Shown here piece after piece: positions 19,225 to 28,792 of a DNA stretch of 64,000 nucleotides. The DNA is from a virus (lineage: Duplodnaviria; Heunggongvirae; Uroviricota; Caudoviricetes), in the IMG/VR virus record IMGVR_UViG_3300021387_000895, positions 27,302-91,301 of that record; one strand, 5' to 3'. Position numbers and translations under genes: made by a program. Under the pieces are notes generated by a model. That model was not told where the DNA came from and did not search any database. It saw nothing but the letters and a program-made list of their open reading frames with translations. Positions within the stretch are counted from its first letter, which is position 1. Each line of letters opens with the position of its first letter.

Positions 19225-19299
19225 TTCGCGATTAAAACAAGCGATAAGATGAAGGATTGGAGGAGTGTAAAAACCGGCGGAGGCCCTATGGATAATCCC

Positions 19300-19390
19300 A
19301 AGTGTGTTAGCCGTCAGTAATAGTTCAATGGTAGAACGCCACTGAACTTAGGTTTGGTGGAGACGTCTGTTCGAAGCGGACAAATCCTTT
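19300..19390 (+). other. tRNA-like fragment (degenerate)
   Basis: D arm GTTCAATGGTAGAAC identical to the 7043 element and T arm GTCTG-TTCGAAG-CGGAC, but no acceptor stem can be paired. Confidence 0.25.
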
Positions 19391-19457
19391 ATTTTTTACA
19401 CTTCCTCAGTCCTTTGCATTTTTCAACAAGTCCTAAGATATTTAAGGAGGTTGTATT

Positions 19458-19904
19458 GTGGATCGCCAAGAGAAGTTTGATGCCTGCATGAAGTTCTTTG
19501 AGAGTCTGAGTGATATTCTCAAAGAGACCCACACAATGATCGGCAGCTGCAATCATGATAGTTCCGTGTATCTCGTTCCTAATGGAACTGAAGAGAGCAT
19601 AAGCTATTATGGGAAGCCTAAGAACTCGTTCAGGGTTTCAGATCATTGGAATTGGTATGCCAATACCAAGAAGTGCGAGAATGAGCATTATATTCAATGC
19701 TTATCTGTCGACATGCCGAGACCGAATGAACGACCGCTTCCATGGAAAGCATCTAAGCCTAAGTATGGCTCTCAAGTCGCCATTGTTGGTAAGGATGGTA
19801 AATACAGGTGTGTATATGGAGAGAAGTTCGATCGTAAGAAAAGGCAATGGACCTGGGTTGAATCAGATCCGTTCGAAGTGGCAAAGATGGTGATGGGATT
19901 ATGA
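19458..19904 (+). CDS. hypothetical protein (GTG start)
   Basis: AAGGAGG RBS. Confidence 0.4.
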   Translation: MDRQEKFDACMKFFESLSDILKETHTMIGSCNHDSSVYLVPNGTEESISYYGKPKNSFRVSDHWNWYANTKKCENEHYIQCLSVDMPRPNERPLPWKASKPKYGSQVAIVGKDGKYRCVYGEKFDRKKRQWTWVESDPFEVAKMVMGL

Positions 19905-20305
19905 GAGTAATCAATATTGAATCTGCCATCATCAATATAACAGCAATAGAGCATGTGAAGAATAATGAAGGAGCCTTATGCGATATTGTTATTCCTTTTA
20001 TAGGATTTCATGAAAGGATGAGAATACGAGAAAATGATTTCAAAGTAATTTTTAATGATGGAACAGCATTAACCTTTGATAAAGAATCTAAAGATGGACG
20101 AATGTTTTCTGAGATCGGCATTTCTGGAAATATTTATCGGATTTACAAAGAATTCTGTAGTTTTGAGAAAACAAAGAAAGAAGATGAAAATCTAAAGGGA
20201 CTTCTTCAAATAACATATCATAGACATCGAGTTACAGCTAAGCAGGATAACGGAATTAATTCGAGTTACCTTTTATATTTCCATAAATATGAAAAAGGAG
20301 AATAG
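19901..20305 (+). CDS. hypothetical protein
   Basis: ATGA overlap. Confidence 0.4.
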   Translation: MRVINIESAIINITAIEHVKNNEGALCDIVIPFIGFHERMRIRENDFKVIFNDGTALTFDKESKDGRMFSEIGISGNIYRIYKEFCSFEKTKKEDENLKGLLQITYHRHRVTAKQDNGINSSYLLYFHKYEKGE

Positions 20306-20307
20306 TC

Positions 20308-20718
20308 ATGAGAATCAACGAACGCAATGAACAAATCTATGAAGAATGGATGGCCGGAGCTTCTCAAAGATCTTTGTCAAAGAAATATAATCTTGCTTTG
20401 ACTGGCATATCGATGATCATCAAGAACGTTCGATATAGAAAGGAGAATCCCGATCACATTCGTGTTTACCTAGAAAAGCATTACACAGACGTTTCAAATA
20501 ATCTCATAAGCGGAGCCATCGGCCCAGTTCTTGAACAAAGGCATTCCTACAGGTGTCCCATCTCAAGAACAGAGATTCCAAGAGCGACTATCGACTATTT
20601 CTTCAGCATTCTCGATCCAATGACAGATAAAGATATTCTAAATCTCAGATGCGTTGGACCAAAGAAATTAGAGTTTCTTAAAAGGATCAAAGCTGATCGA
20701 GCAGCTGGAATCATATAA
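20308..20718 (+). CDS. hypothetical protein (possible HTH, SQRSLSKKYNLALTGISMIIKN)
   Basis: RBS AAAGGAG. Confidence 0.4.
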   Translation: MRINERNEQIYEEWMAGASQRSLSKKYNLALTGISMIIKNVRYRKENPDHIRVYLEKHYTDVSNNLISGAIGPVLEQRHSYRCPISRTEIPRATIDYFFSILDPMTDKDILNLRCVGPKKLEFLKRIKADRAAGII

Positions 20719-20752
20719 AAAGCAGGGATAATTAATAAGGAGGAAACTAAGA

Positions 20753-22855
20753 ATGGCTAATTCGGAAATCATGATCAAGAGAATGAAAGATAACTTTGTG
20801 CTCATAACGAATGATCCTGACATTAAGCTGTTTGTGGCCGACTGTGATAAGGATACTCTTTGGAATCTTTATCTTGATAGCTTTCCAGAAGGAACGAACC
20901 CCATTTACAGAGTAAGAAGAGAGTATGATTGCTCTTGCTGCAGGAGCTTCATTAAGACAATTGGTAGTGTCGTTTACATTGATGATGACTATGAGATTCA
21001 TTCTATCTTTGATTTCAACGTCGATGACGATACTTTCCAGCCTGTCATGGATGCTCTTGATCATTATGTTAAGAGCTGCCCAATAAAGTCTCAATTCTTT
21101 TCCAAGGAGGATCATGCCGGATACAGACTTTCTCATGAATTGAACAAAGAAACTGGGACGGTCATTGAATACAAGCATCTCTATCTGGATATTCCTTCGA
21201 AGTTTGTGTTCAAGAAAACTTTTGATGTCAAGACTCTTGAGACTGCCATCGGTAATTCCGTTGCAAACCATGATGTTTTCAAGCGTTCTCTTGAAGAGAT
21301 TTCTTTAGACGCTATTGAAACTGTCCTGGAGCTCATTGATTCCAATACGCTCTATAAGGGATCTGAATGGGAAGGCGTTCTATTAGGCTTCAAGATCTTC
21401 AAAGAAAAATATGACGTTCTTCCTGAAGAAAAAAAGGATGTATTTTGCTGGAAACATTCGGCAGCCGCTGGTCCTGTGCATACGAGAATCAAGAATCATT
21501 CTATCGGTGTCCTCCTTACCAACATTACGGATGGTATGAATCTCGATGAGGCTGTTCGCAAGTACGAAGCCATTGTTGCTCCGTCCAACTATAAACGACC
21601 GAAGCCCATCTTTACAAAGAAAATGCTTGAACAGGCGGAGAATGCGGTACGTGAACTTGGGTACTACGATTCTTTGGAGAGAAGGTTTGCCACACTCGAT
21701 GATATTCGTATCAATAACATCTTCTTTTCCAACAAAGATGCTGGAAGGAGGATGTCTGGTGGCAGTATCTTTGATGAAATGAAGGAGTCGGTAGATATTG
21801 TCGATCCAAGAAAGTTTTCCAAAGTCGATAGTATCGGAATCGACAAGTTCATTTCTGATGTTCTACCGCATGCAAATGAAGTTGAGGTGCTTTTCGAAAA
21901 TCGCCTTAGCAAGAATCTCGTTTCTTTGATCGCACCAGTTAATCCCGAATCCAAGTCTATGTTCAAGTGGAACAATTCGTTCAGCTGGGCATATACTGGA
22001 AACATAACCGACAGTGATATTCGTGAGAATGTCAAGAAAGCTGGCGGCAAAGTCGATGGATTCATGAGATTCAGTATCCAGTGGAATGATGAAGGAAACA
22101 ACAACTGGGATCAGAACGATCTTGACGCCCATTGCATTGAGAGACTTCGCCACATATGGGGATATGGAGATGGTGATCATATCATGTTCAACCACTTGAA
22201 GTCCTATTCAACTGAGGGTGAGCTGGATGTAGATATTATTCATCCAAATCAAGGGACTCCAGCTGTTGAGAACATCGTCTATGTCGATAAAAGAAATGTG
22301 AGGACAGGCGAATACGAGTTCTTTGTGCACTGCTATAGTAATCGAGGCGGTACGAGTGGCTTTAGGGCCGAACTTGAAGTTAACGGTGATATTTATAACT
22401 TTGATTATCGACAGCCAATACGCAATAATGAAGTAATTAAAGTTGCAACCGTTACGGCGAACACTGCGAATGATACCTATGAAGTTAAAACACATATCGA
22501 CAATAACAGATCGTCCAAAGAAATTTGGGGTATCAAGACTAACAAGTTTATTCCCGTAACTGTTATCATGAATTCTCCTAATTATTGGGATAATCAGATA
22601 GGAATTGGAAATAAGCATTACATGTTCATGCTGAAAGGATGTGTTAATCCGGAAAAACCCAATGGATTCTATAACGAGTTCCTCCGTAATGAATTGAATC
22701 CAAACCGAAAAGTATTTGAGGCTCTTGGATCGAGAATGGCTGTAAGAGATACTTCAGATCAGCTCTCTGGGCTTGGGTTCAGTTCTACAAAGAGAAACGA
22801 ACTTACAGTAAAGGTAAGAGGCTCTATCGAACGTGTTTTGAAGGTGATATTCTGA
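20753..22855 (+). CDS. large hypothetical protein (700 aa)
   Basis: AAGGAGG RBS; no recognisable motifs by eye. Confidence 0.5.
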   Translation: MANSEIMIKRMKDNFVLITNDPDIKLFVADCDKDTLWNLYLDSFPEGTNPIYRVRREYDCSCCRSFIKTIGSVVYIDDDYEIHSIFDFNVDDDTFQPVMDALDHYVKSCPIKSQFFSKEDHAGYRLSHELNKETGTVIEYKHLYLDIPSKFVFKKTFDVKTLETAIGNSVANHDVFKRSLEEISLDAIETVLELIDSNTLYKGSEWEGVLLGFKIFKEKYDVLPEEKKDVFCWKHSAAAGPVHTRIKNHSIGVLLTNITDGMNLDEAVRKYEAIVAPSNYKRPKPIFTKKMLEQAENAVRELGYYDSLERRFATLDDIRINNIFFSNKDAGRRMSGGSIFDEMKESVDIVDPRKFSKVDSIGIDKFISDVLPHANEVEVLFENRLSKNLVSLIAPVNPESKSMFKWNNSFSWAYTGNITDSDIRENVKKAGGKVDGFMRFSIQWNDEGNNNWDQNDLDAHCIERLRHIWGYGDGDHIMFNHLKSYSTEGELDVDIIHPNQGTPAVENIVYVDKRNVRTGEYEFFVHCYSNRGGTSGFRAELEVNGDIYNFDYRQPIRNNEVIKVATVTANTANDTYEVKTHIDNNRSSKEIWGIKTNKFIPVTVIMNSPNYWDNQIGIGNKHYMFMLKGCVNPEKPNGFYNEFLRNELNPNRKVFEALGSRMAVRDTSDQLSGLGFSSTKRNELTVKVRGSIERVLKVIF

Positions 22856-22989
22856 TGAAACAGATAGAGATATACTGGAATGATTTAACGGATAAAAAGA
22901 AGCAAGAGATAATCAAAGAATTCGGAGATAATAACAATTGGGATGTATATCCAATGTGCATAATCGACATTGAAGAGGAGGATCAATAA
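22855..22989 (+). CDS. hypothetical 44-aa acidic peptide
   Basis: ATGA/TAATG coupling on both sides. Confidence 0.3.
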   Translation: MKQIEIYWNDLTDKKKQEIIKEFGDNNNWDVYPMCIIDIEEEDQ

Positions 22990-23381
22990 TGGCTGGTGTT
23001 AATCTGTATCTGTTCGAAATCGCAACTCGAAAGAAGTATCGTTTCTCTTACAAAGGGTGGATCTCTGTTGAAGAACTCTGGGATATGAGTTTGTCAGAAC
23101 TGGATGATGTTTTCAAGTGGCTCAATAATCTTAAGAAGAGCCTTACAAGCGAAAGCCTTATTAAAGAGGATAAGGAAAATGAAGATCTCAACAACAAGAT
23201 TGAGATCGTCAAGTACATTTTCAACGTGAAGAAGGCTGAAGAAGATAATCGTAAGCATGAAGCTGAAAATGCTGAGAAGAAGCGTCGCATCCTGGATATT
23301 CTTGCAAAGAAACAGGATGAAGCACTTGAAAATTCCAGCGAGGAAGAACTCAAGAAAATGCTAGATGATCTCAGTAAGTAG
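22989..23381 (+). CDS. hypothetical charged coiled-coil protein
   Basis: K/E-rich. Confidence 0.4.
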   Translation: MAGVNLYLFEIATRKKYRFSYKGWISVEELWDMSLSELDDVFKWLNNLKKSLTSESLIKEDKENEDLNNKIEIVKYIFNVKKAEEDNRKHEAENAEKKRRILDILAKKQDEALENSSEEELKKMLDDLSK

Positions 23382-23444
23382 GCTTCGATTATAAACTAAG
23401 GGAGGGGACATAACACTCCTCTCCTTTTTTTCAGGAAGTGATAT

Positions 23445-23813
23445 TTGTTGAACGCTCGAGAAAAAATGATTGAATTTAGACTAAAAAATAAGCTTGACTA
23501 TAAAGGTTTGTCAAGACTATGTGGCGTAAGTTCAAGTTTAATCGGAATGGTTGAACACGGAGATGTTACTCATCCGAACATTGTGGAAAAACTAAAGAAG
23601 TTATATTCTTTGACTGACGAACAAGCTGAAGAATTATTACCAAAACATAGACGTCCTCATGATCCAGAGTACGAACCTGATAAATATGTGTCTGAAGCAG
23701 ATAAAGGAGTAGCGGTTAGAATAGAACCGTCAAGGCAAGGACTATATGAGAGATACAAAGGAGAAAGATATTCTAAAGAATTGAAAGATCATTCTAAAAG
23801 GAGTTCATACTGA
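23445..23813 (+). CDS. XRE-family HTH transcriptional regulator (TTG start per GGAAGTGATATTTG context; alternative ATG 23466)
   Basis: LDYKGLSRLCGVSSSLIGMVEHGD helix-turn-helix. Confidence 0.5.
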   Translation: MLNAREKMIEFRLKNKLDYKGLSRLCGVSSSLIGMVEHGDVTHPNIVEKLKKLYSLTDEQAEELLPKHRRPHDPEYEPDKYVSEADKGVAVRIEPSRQGLYERYKGERYSKELKDHSKRSSY

Positions 23814-23839
23814 TTAATAACAGATAAGGAGTGTATTGT

Positions 23840-24070
23840 ATGACTTATAGAGAAATGGCTGTTGAGTCTGTTAAGATAGCTGGTCAAGAGCTTATTGATC
23901 GAGCTGATGAACTTATTTGTAAAACGGATTGCATCAAAGATATTAATATTTGGATCACTATACCTTCTCTTACTGATGATCCTAATGTCATTCCAGAAAT
24001 AGAAGTGCAGACTAACGTGTATCCAAGACGAGAAACCATTTCAAAAATATTTGATATAAAGGGGACATGA
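23840..24070 (+). CDS. hypothetical protein
   Basis: AAGGAG RBS. Confidence 0.4.
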   Translation: MTYREMAVESVKIAGQELIDRADELICKTDCIKDINIWITIPSLTDDPNVIPEIEVQTNVYPRRETISKIFDIKGT

Positions 24071-24705
24071 TGATGGAAACTAAATTTAATTGGATTAATT
24101 GCGATTGGACAAGAGTAAAAAACCACTGTAGAACAACGGTAAATAAGAAGTTTACGGAGAAAGAGCCATCACTCGAATTCAAAAGAAAGCTTCTTATCTC
24201 AGAGCATTCACCGATAAGAATTATATTGTTTGACTGGTCATGGGAAGGAATGCCAAGCTGGGTATCCGTACACTTTGCAAGACATAAGTGGGAAAAGTTC
24301 ATTTCCACACAACGTGATGACCGCAAAGAGCATGAGATTTCCAGAGCCGATATGCCTCAGGGAACTCCTGTTGACTTCGATGGCTTCGCAAACATGCAAA
24401 ACATCATCGATAGCTGGCGTAAGAGGCTTTGCTTTCAAGCGAGTCCAGAGACCAGGGCGTATGCGGAGGATTTCAAGGTGATGCTGCATGAGGTGTTTCC
24501 GGAATTGGCAAATGTGCTTGTGCCAAATTGCATCTATCGTTGCGGATGTCCGGAAATGGAGATGTGTAAGCAGAGATATTTTGAACAATTTATGAAAATG
24601 TCTTATGGAAGAGTAGACCATTTAATTGACATTCAATATCGTTACGATGTTTATAACGAATGGTTCTATAAAATGCATCCGTTTAAGGAGGATTTGAATG
24701 CTTGA
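24067..24705 (+). CDS. possible divergent flavin-dependent thymidylate synthase (ThyX-like) or related nucleotide-modifying enzyme
   Basis: EHSPIRIILF and FARHKWEKFISTQR loosely resemble ThyX EHASFTF / RHRxxxxxxxSxRY; size 212 aa; sits in the nucleotide-metabolism block. Confidence 0.25.
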   Translation: MMMETKFNWINCDWTRVKNHCRTTVNKKFTEKEPSLEFKRKLLISEHSPIRIILFDWSWEGMPSWVSVHFARHKWEKFISTQRDDRKEHEISRADMPQGTPVDFDGFANMQNIIDSWRKRLCFQASPETRAYAEDFKVMLHEVFPELANVLVPNCIYRCGCPEMEMCKQRYFEQFMKMSYGRVDHLIDIQYRYDVYNEWFYKMHPFKEDLNA

Positions 24706-24931
24706 CAAATCTGCTCGTAGATTTTATGAAGAGCTTTGTAAAGATAATAATCTATTAGGAGAATACTGCGCATTTTCTTGTTATATTCAAGATACATTTA
24801 TCAGAAGCAGCTATGTGATAGATATTGGTAATTTTGAAAATGTTAATAAGGTATTGATAGACAGGTTTGAATGGGTAAGAAAGCATCATCCAATTCTTTG
24901 GAAAATCGCAACCTGGATTCTTAGTTTATAG
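24698..24931 (+). CDS. hypothetical protein
   Basis: Overlapping start. Confidence 0.35.
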   Translation: MLDKSARRFYEELCKDNNLLGEYCAFSCYIQDTFIRSSYVIDIGNFENVNKVLIDRFEWVRKHHPILWKIATWILSL

Positions 24932-24945
24932 AGGAGTGATATTTA

Positions 24946-25227
24946 ATGAAGTATAAGAAAAAGCCGATACCAGTAGAAGCCATCAAGATGGGAAAAGAGG
25001 GATTCGAAGAAACTCCAGAATGGTTTACTAAAGCTCTATCAACAAGCAAAGTATATTATAGAAATTATTTTGGATCAAATTGTATCAAATGTGGTTTCAG
25101 AGTACAAACGATTGAGGGAAATATGGATGGCAATATAGGCGACTATCTTGTACGAGGTGTAGATGGTGAGCTTTATCCTTGCAAGGGTGATATTTTCGAA
25201 AAAACTTATGATAGAATAGAGGAATAA
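24946..25227 (+). CDS. hypothetical protein
   Basis: GGAGTGATATTTAATG context. Confidence 0.4.
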   Translation: MKYKKKPIPVEAIKMGKEGFEETPEWFTKALSTSKVYYRNYFGSNCIKCGFRVQTIEGNMDGNIGDYLVRGVDGELYPCKGDIFEKTYDRIEE

Positions 25228-25229
25228 AA

Positions 25230-25655
25230 ATGTTTAAAGCTGTAATGATACTAATTGAAATGTATTTTCTTCATATATTTGCCGACTACCATCTTCAAGG
25301 CATCTTAGCTAATATGAAACAAAGAGACTGGTGGAAGAAAAAGTTTGTTAATGTAAGTGAGTTTAATCAAAGCAAGTATACAAATGATTATACTGCAGCA
25401 CTTATGTCTCATTCTTTTGAATGGACATTCGTTATGATGATTCCTGCTATGTATCATGTTAACTATAATAATTATATTTACTGGCATGTCATTCTTTATA
25501 TGATACTGTTTATTCTAAATCTTGTGATGCACTATGTCGTAGATGATATGAAAGCAAATAGTAAAAGAATCAATTTGATACAAGATCAGAAACTACACAT
25601 GATACAAATCGTTTTAACTTGGTTGTCATGGTATATTTTTACTGGATGGATTTGA
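25230..25655 (+). CDS. hypothetical multi-pass membrane protein
   Basis: Several hydrophobic helices. Confidence 0.4.
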   Translation: MFKAVMILIEMYFLHIFADYHLQGILANMKQRDWWKKKFVNVSEFNQSKYTNDYTAALMSHSFEWTFVMMIPAMYHVNYNNYIYWHVILYMILFILNLVMHYVVDDMKANSKRINLIQDQKLHMIQIVLTWLSWYIFTGWI

Positions 25656-25670
25656 GGAGGATAAAAGAAA

Positions 25671-26228
25671 ATGATATTTGGTGATACAATGCTTAAGCGA
25701 CTTGTAGATATGCGATTTATAAGAAATACATATGAAGGCGCTATTAATCCAGCTTCGATTAATTTAAGACTTGGTGATACGTTTTCTGTAATCAGCACTA
25801 CTCAGCCATGCCTTAAGCTTGGTGAAGAAGTAGAGTATGAAAATGTAGTTCCTTATGATGGCTATGTTATAATTCATTCTGGTGATTTCATGCTTGCAAC
25901 TACAAAAGAATGGATTGAAGTCCCGAAGGATGCTGCGGCTTTTGTACAAGGTCGTTCTTCCATAGGCAGAGCTGGACTATCCATTCAGAATGCTGGCTTT
26001 GTCGACCCAGGATTTCCAGGTCACATTACTCTTGAACTTAAGAATGACGGACCAAGACCTATCGTATTATACCCTGGTTATCCGGTAGCTCAGCTCGTCT
26101 TCATGGAAGCGAAAGATGTATCGAAGCCATATGATGGAAAATATGTAGGCCAGGTCGATGCTACTGGAAGCAGAATGCATCTCGATGTATTAAAGCCTGG
26201 TAATCAGAAAGAGATTAATGCAGACTAG
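25671..26228 (+). CDS. dcd: dCTP deaminase (dCTP deaminase/dUTPase family)
   Basis: GRSSIGRAGL and VDPGFPGHITLELKN motifs; 185 aa. Confidence 0.75.
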   Translation: MIFGDTMLKRLVDMRFIRNTYEGAINPASINLRLGDTFSVISTTQPCLKLGEEVEYENVVPYDGYVIIHSGDFMLATTKEWIEVPKDAAAFVQGRSSIGRAGLSIQNAGFVDPGFPGHITLELKNDGPRPIVLYPGYPVAQLVFMEAKDVSKPYDGKYVGQVDATGSRMHLDVLKPGNQKEINAD

Positions 26229-26312
26229 ATCGCGGTCAAAACAAGCAGTATTATGAAGGGGTTGAAAATTCAGCCTCTTATATTTTTCCCATTAGGGATA
26301 GGAGGTAATCCA

Positions 26313-26870
26313 ATGAACTATAGCGGATTGACTGGACTTGGGCCTGTCGGAATGATTATTGTCGGTGTCGTAGGAGTTGGTTGGTCTATCTATCAGACAA
26401 CTAAACTCAAAGAAACAAGTAACAAGATCGACATGACACTTGATGAGATCAACAAGAATGCACCTGTAGATATTCAGGAAGCGGTTGTAAATAAGGCAAT
26501 CGAAAGGGCTGTCGAACGGGAAGTACGGCTGTCTGTTGTAGATACAGCTAGAAGGGTTCGTGAAGATATTTACGAGCAGATTCGAAATGAAGTACGAAAA
26601 GAAGTTGAGAATCAATACAATAAAATTGCCGACGAGGTATCTGAGAAGATATCTGAACAAGTGGCTCAGATTGATGAGTATGCGCTCAAAGATCGAGTGA
26701 CGAAGAAAGCCGAAGAGAAGGTCATGAAGAAACTCGATGGTTGCCTCGATGGAGCACTCGGAATGTTTAATAACCAACTTGGGAATGTAAACAAGATCTA
26801 TCAGAATATTGCCGATACCATTAGTGGTAAGAGCAATAATGATAGAGGTGTAAATCTCAGGCTTAGTTAA
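26313..26870 (+). CDS. membrane-anchored coiled-coil protein
   Basis: N-terminal TM helix, long coiled region. Confidence 0.4.
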   Translation: MNYSGLTGLGPVGMIIVGVVGVGWSIYQTTKLKETSNKIDMTLDEINKNAPVDIQEAVVNKAIERAVEREVRLSVVDTARRVREDIYEQIRNEVRKEVENQYNKIADEVSEKISEQVAQIDEYALKDRVTKKAEEKVMKKLDGCLDGALGMFNNQLGNVNKIYQNIADTISGKSNNDRGVNLRLS

Positions 26871-26925
26871 ATGAATTAAGGAGGCTGTTATATTTAGCAG
26901 TCTCCTAATTTTTAGGAGATTAATA

Positions 26926-27162
26926 ATGAATGCATTAATGAATCTAAGTCTTACTCAATTCACAGCGTGGATTATAATGATGGTTCTACTTATTATACCA
27001 TTAATCGCTTTTTTATTCACATGGATGACAAATATTTGGTTTACAAAAAAGACTGAGTATACTGTAGATATTTTAAAGAGAATCGTAAACGTTATTGATG
27101 CTGCTAAAAGAGAATGGTTTGATAAAAAGAAGGAGGAGAACAAGGATGAGCAGGAACAATAA
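26926..27162 (+). CDS. hypothetical small membrane protein
   Basis: One TM helix. Confidence 0.4.
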   Translation: MNALMNLSLTQFTAWIIMMVLLIIPLIAFLFTWMTNIWFTKKTEYTVDILKRIVNVIDAAKREWFDKKKEENKDEQEQ

Positions 27163-27367
27163 TCTTGTTTGCGATGTATGCGGACGAGAAATCAGGAGAA
27201 ACTATGAACATTATATTTTTCCTTTGAGGTTCTATCTTGTAGTGCCGTCGCAATACGTTTATATAAGGGAAAAAGACGGAAAGAAACCTCGTGACATGTG
27301 CTTAAAATGTTTTGAAGATTTCAAGAAATTTGTAAAGGAAAAGAGGGAGGAAGCACAAAATGAATAA
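27146..27367 (+). CDS. hypothetical zinc-ribbon protein (CDVCG...CLKCF)
   Basis: AAGGAGG RBS. Confidence 0.4.
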   Translation: MSRNNNLVCDVCGREIRRNYEHYIFPLRFYLVVPSQYVYIREKDGKKPRDMCLKCFEDFKKFVKEKREEAQNE

Positions 27368-28166
27368 CGAACAAACAAATCGACCTTCGGATTTTGTAGA
27401 ATGGCTTGGAAAAGATAATGTCATTGGTCAATCTATAATGGAGCGAAAGTATAGACGGCGTGGAGAAAGTTTTGATGAGTTCTTAAATCGAGTAAGCGGT
27501 GGAGACGAAGATCTTAAGGAACTCATTCTCGAAAAGAAATTCCTGCTTGGCGGTAGGACTATGGCGAATCGAGGACTCGATACTTCGGCGACATATTTTA
27601 ACTGCTATTCGATTGGGTTCGTTCCGGATGACTTTGGAGAGATCATGGATGTGGCTAAGAAGATCGGACTTACCTTCAAAGCTCAGGGAGGTCAGGGTCT
27701 TTCTTTAAGCAAGCTGAGACCTAAGGGAACACCCATTGGCAAGGATTATGCTTCCGATGGCATTATTCCTTTTATGAAACTTTATAACGAAGTAACTGCC
27801 GCTACAAGTCAGGGTGGGGCTCGTAAGGGAGCTTTAATAATGTCTCTAGATGCTCATCATAAGGAAGCTATGGACTTTATTAAGATAAAGTCAGAGCCAG
27901 GACTTATTGAAAAGGCTAATCTTTCGCTTGAGATTGATAATTCTTTTATGTCGGCTGCATGCAAAGAAGAGCCTCTATTCGAATTCCATGAATACTCAGG
28001 TCATAAAGTAGATTACAAGATCAATCCTAAAGATATTCTGCATGAAGTAGCAAAGGTGGCCTGGGATTGGGGTGAACCAGGAGTACTTTTTGTGGATAAA
28101 CTTCGCAACTATAATCTAATGCAATACGACGATGAGTATCAGATCGAAACAACGAATCCGTGCGGT
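27360..28166 (+). CDS. ribonucleotide reductase, exon 1 (class II NrdJ-like), ends NPCG
   Basis: N-terminal ...FDEFLNRVSGG... and NPCG active-site motif; reading frame hits a stop 2 codons later unless spliced. Confidence 0.7.
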
Positions 28167-28792
28167 CTCTGAATGATAAGTTGGCCCCACGTAAAACATC
28201 CCGAAAAATCGGTGAAAGCTAAACCAAAGAGCTTTGGCATGCTAATACCGAGTTTCTACTACATCACAGAGAAATGTAACGCATAGATAGTGAGCGCTAA
28301 GAGAGCAATAAACTATCCACGAGTTCGGGACTTTTGACACGTAAAAAAAGGAGAATCATGATAATTTATAAAGCAACGAATTTGATAAATGGGAAAGTAT
28401 ATATTGGTGCAACATCATTGAAACTTAATGCAAGAATCAAATACCATATAAAAGATGCTTATAGACCTGATAGACCTAAGGGACGTTTTCAAGAAGCGAT
28501 AATTAAATACGGAATCGATTCATTTGATTTCGAGCAAATTGAATGATGTTACAAATCATTATAAACCATTAACAGACTTTATAAATAGAAAATACGGAAT
28601 CTCTGATTTGAGAAGTTTATTCTTATGTCTAGATGTTAAAACCAAAAAAGAATTTGCTTTATCTTTAATTAAAATCGTGTCAGAAGAAAATATATGCTGA
28701 GCCGGTCTGAATCGACAGACGTATCGTTTTATAAACGTATGAGGGAAACCTCCGGAAATATAGGATAAAAAGCCTATATGATAACAACACTG
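28167..28792 (+). mobile_element. group I intron interrupting the RNR gene
   Basis: 5' exon ends in T, intron ends in G; splicing restores NPCG|EQPLPKHGACCLSSLNL; contains a homing-endonuclease ORF. Confidence 0.6.
28334..28546 (+). pseudogene. GIY-YIG homing endonuclease, truncated/decayed (70 aa)
   Basis: IYKATNLINGKVYIGAT GIY-YIG core; ORF stops right after the catalytic domain, no DNA-binding domain follows. Confidence 0.55.

Noticed and set aside
7180-19260. Regularly spaced repeats resembling a CRISPR array
   Set aside because: Spacing is 150-500 bp and irregular. Each interval holds an ORF with an RBS, and the repeats include a T-run terminator and Shine-Dalgarno. These are promoter/terminator cassettes, not CRISPR.
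19300-19390. Fourth tRNA gene
   Set aside because: D and T arms are recognisable but no acceptor stem can be paired. Treated as a degenerate tRNA-like fragment only.
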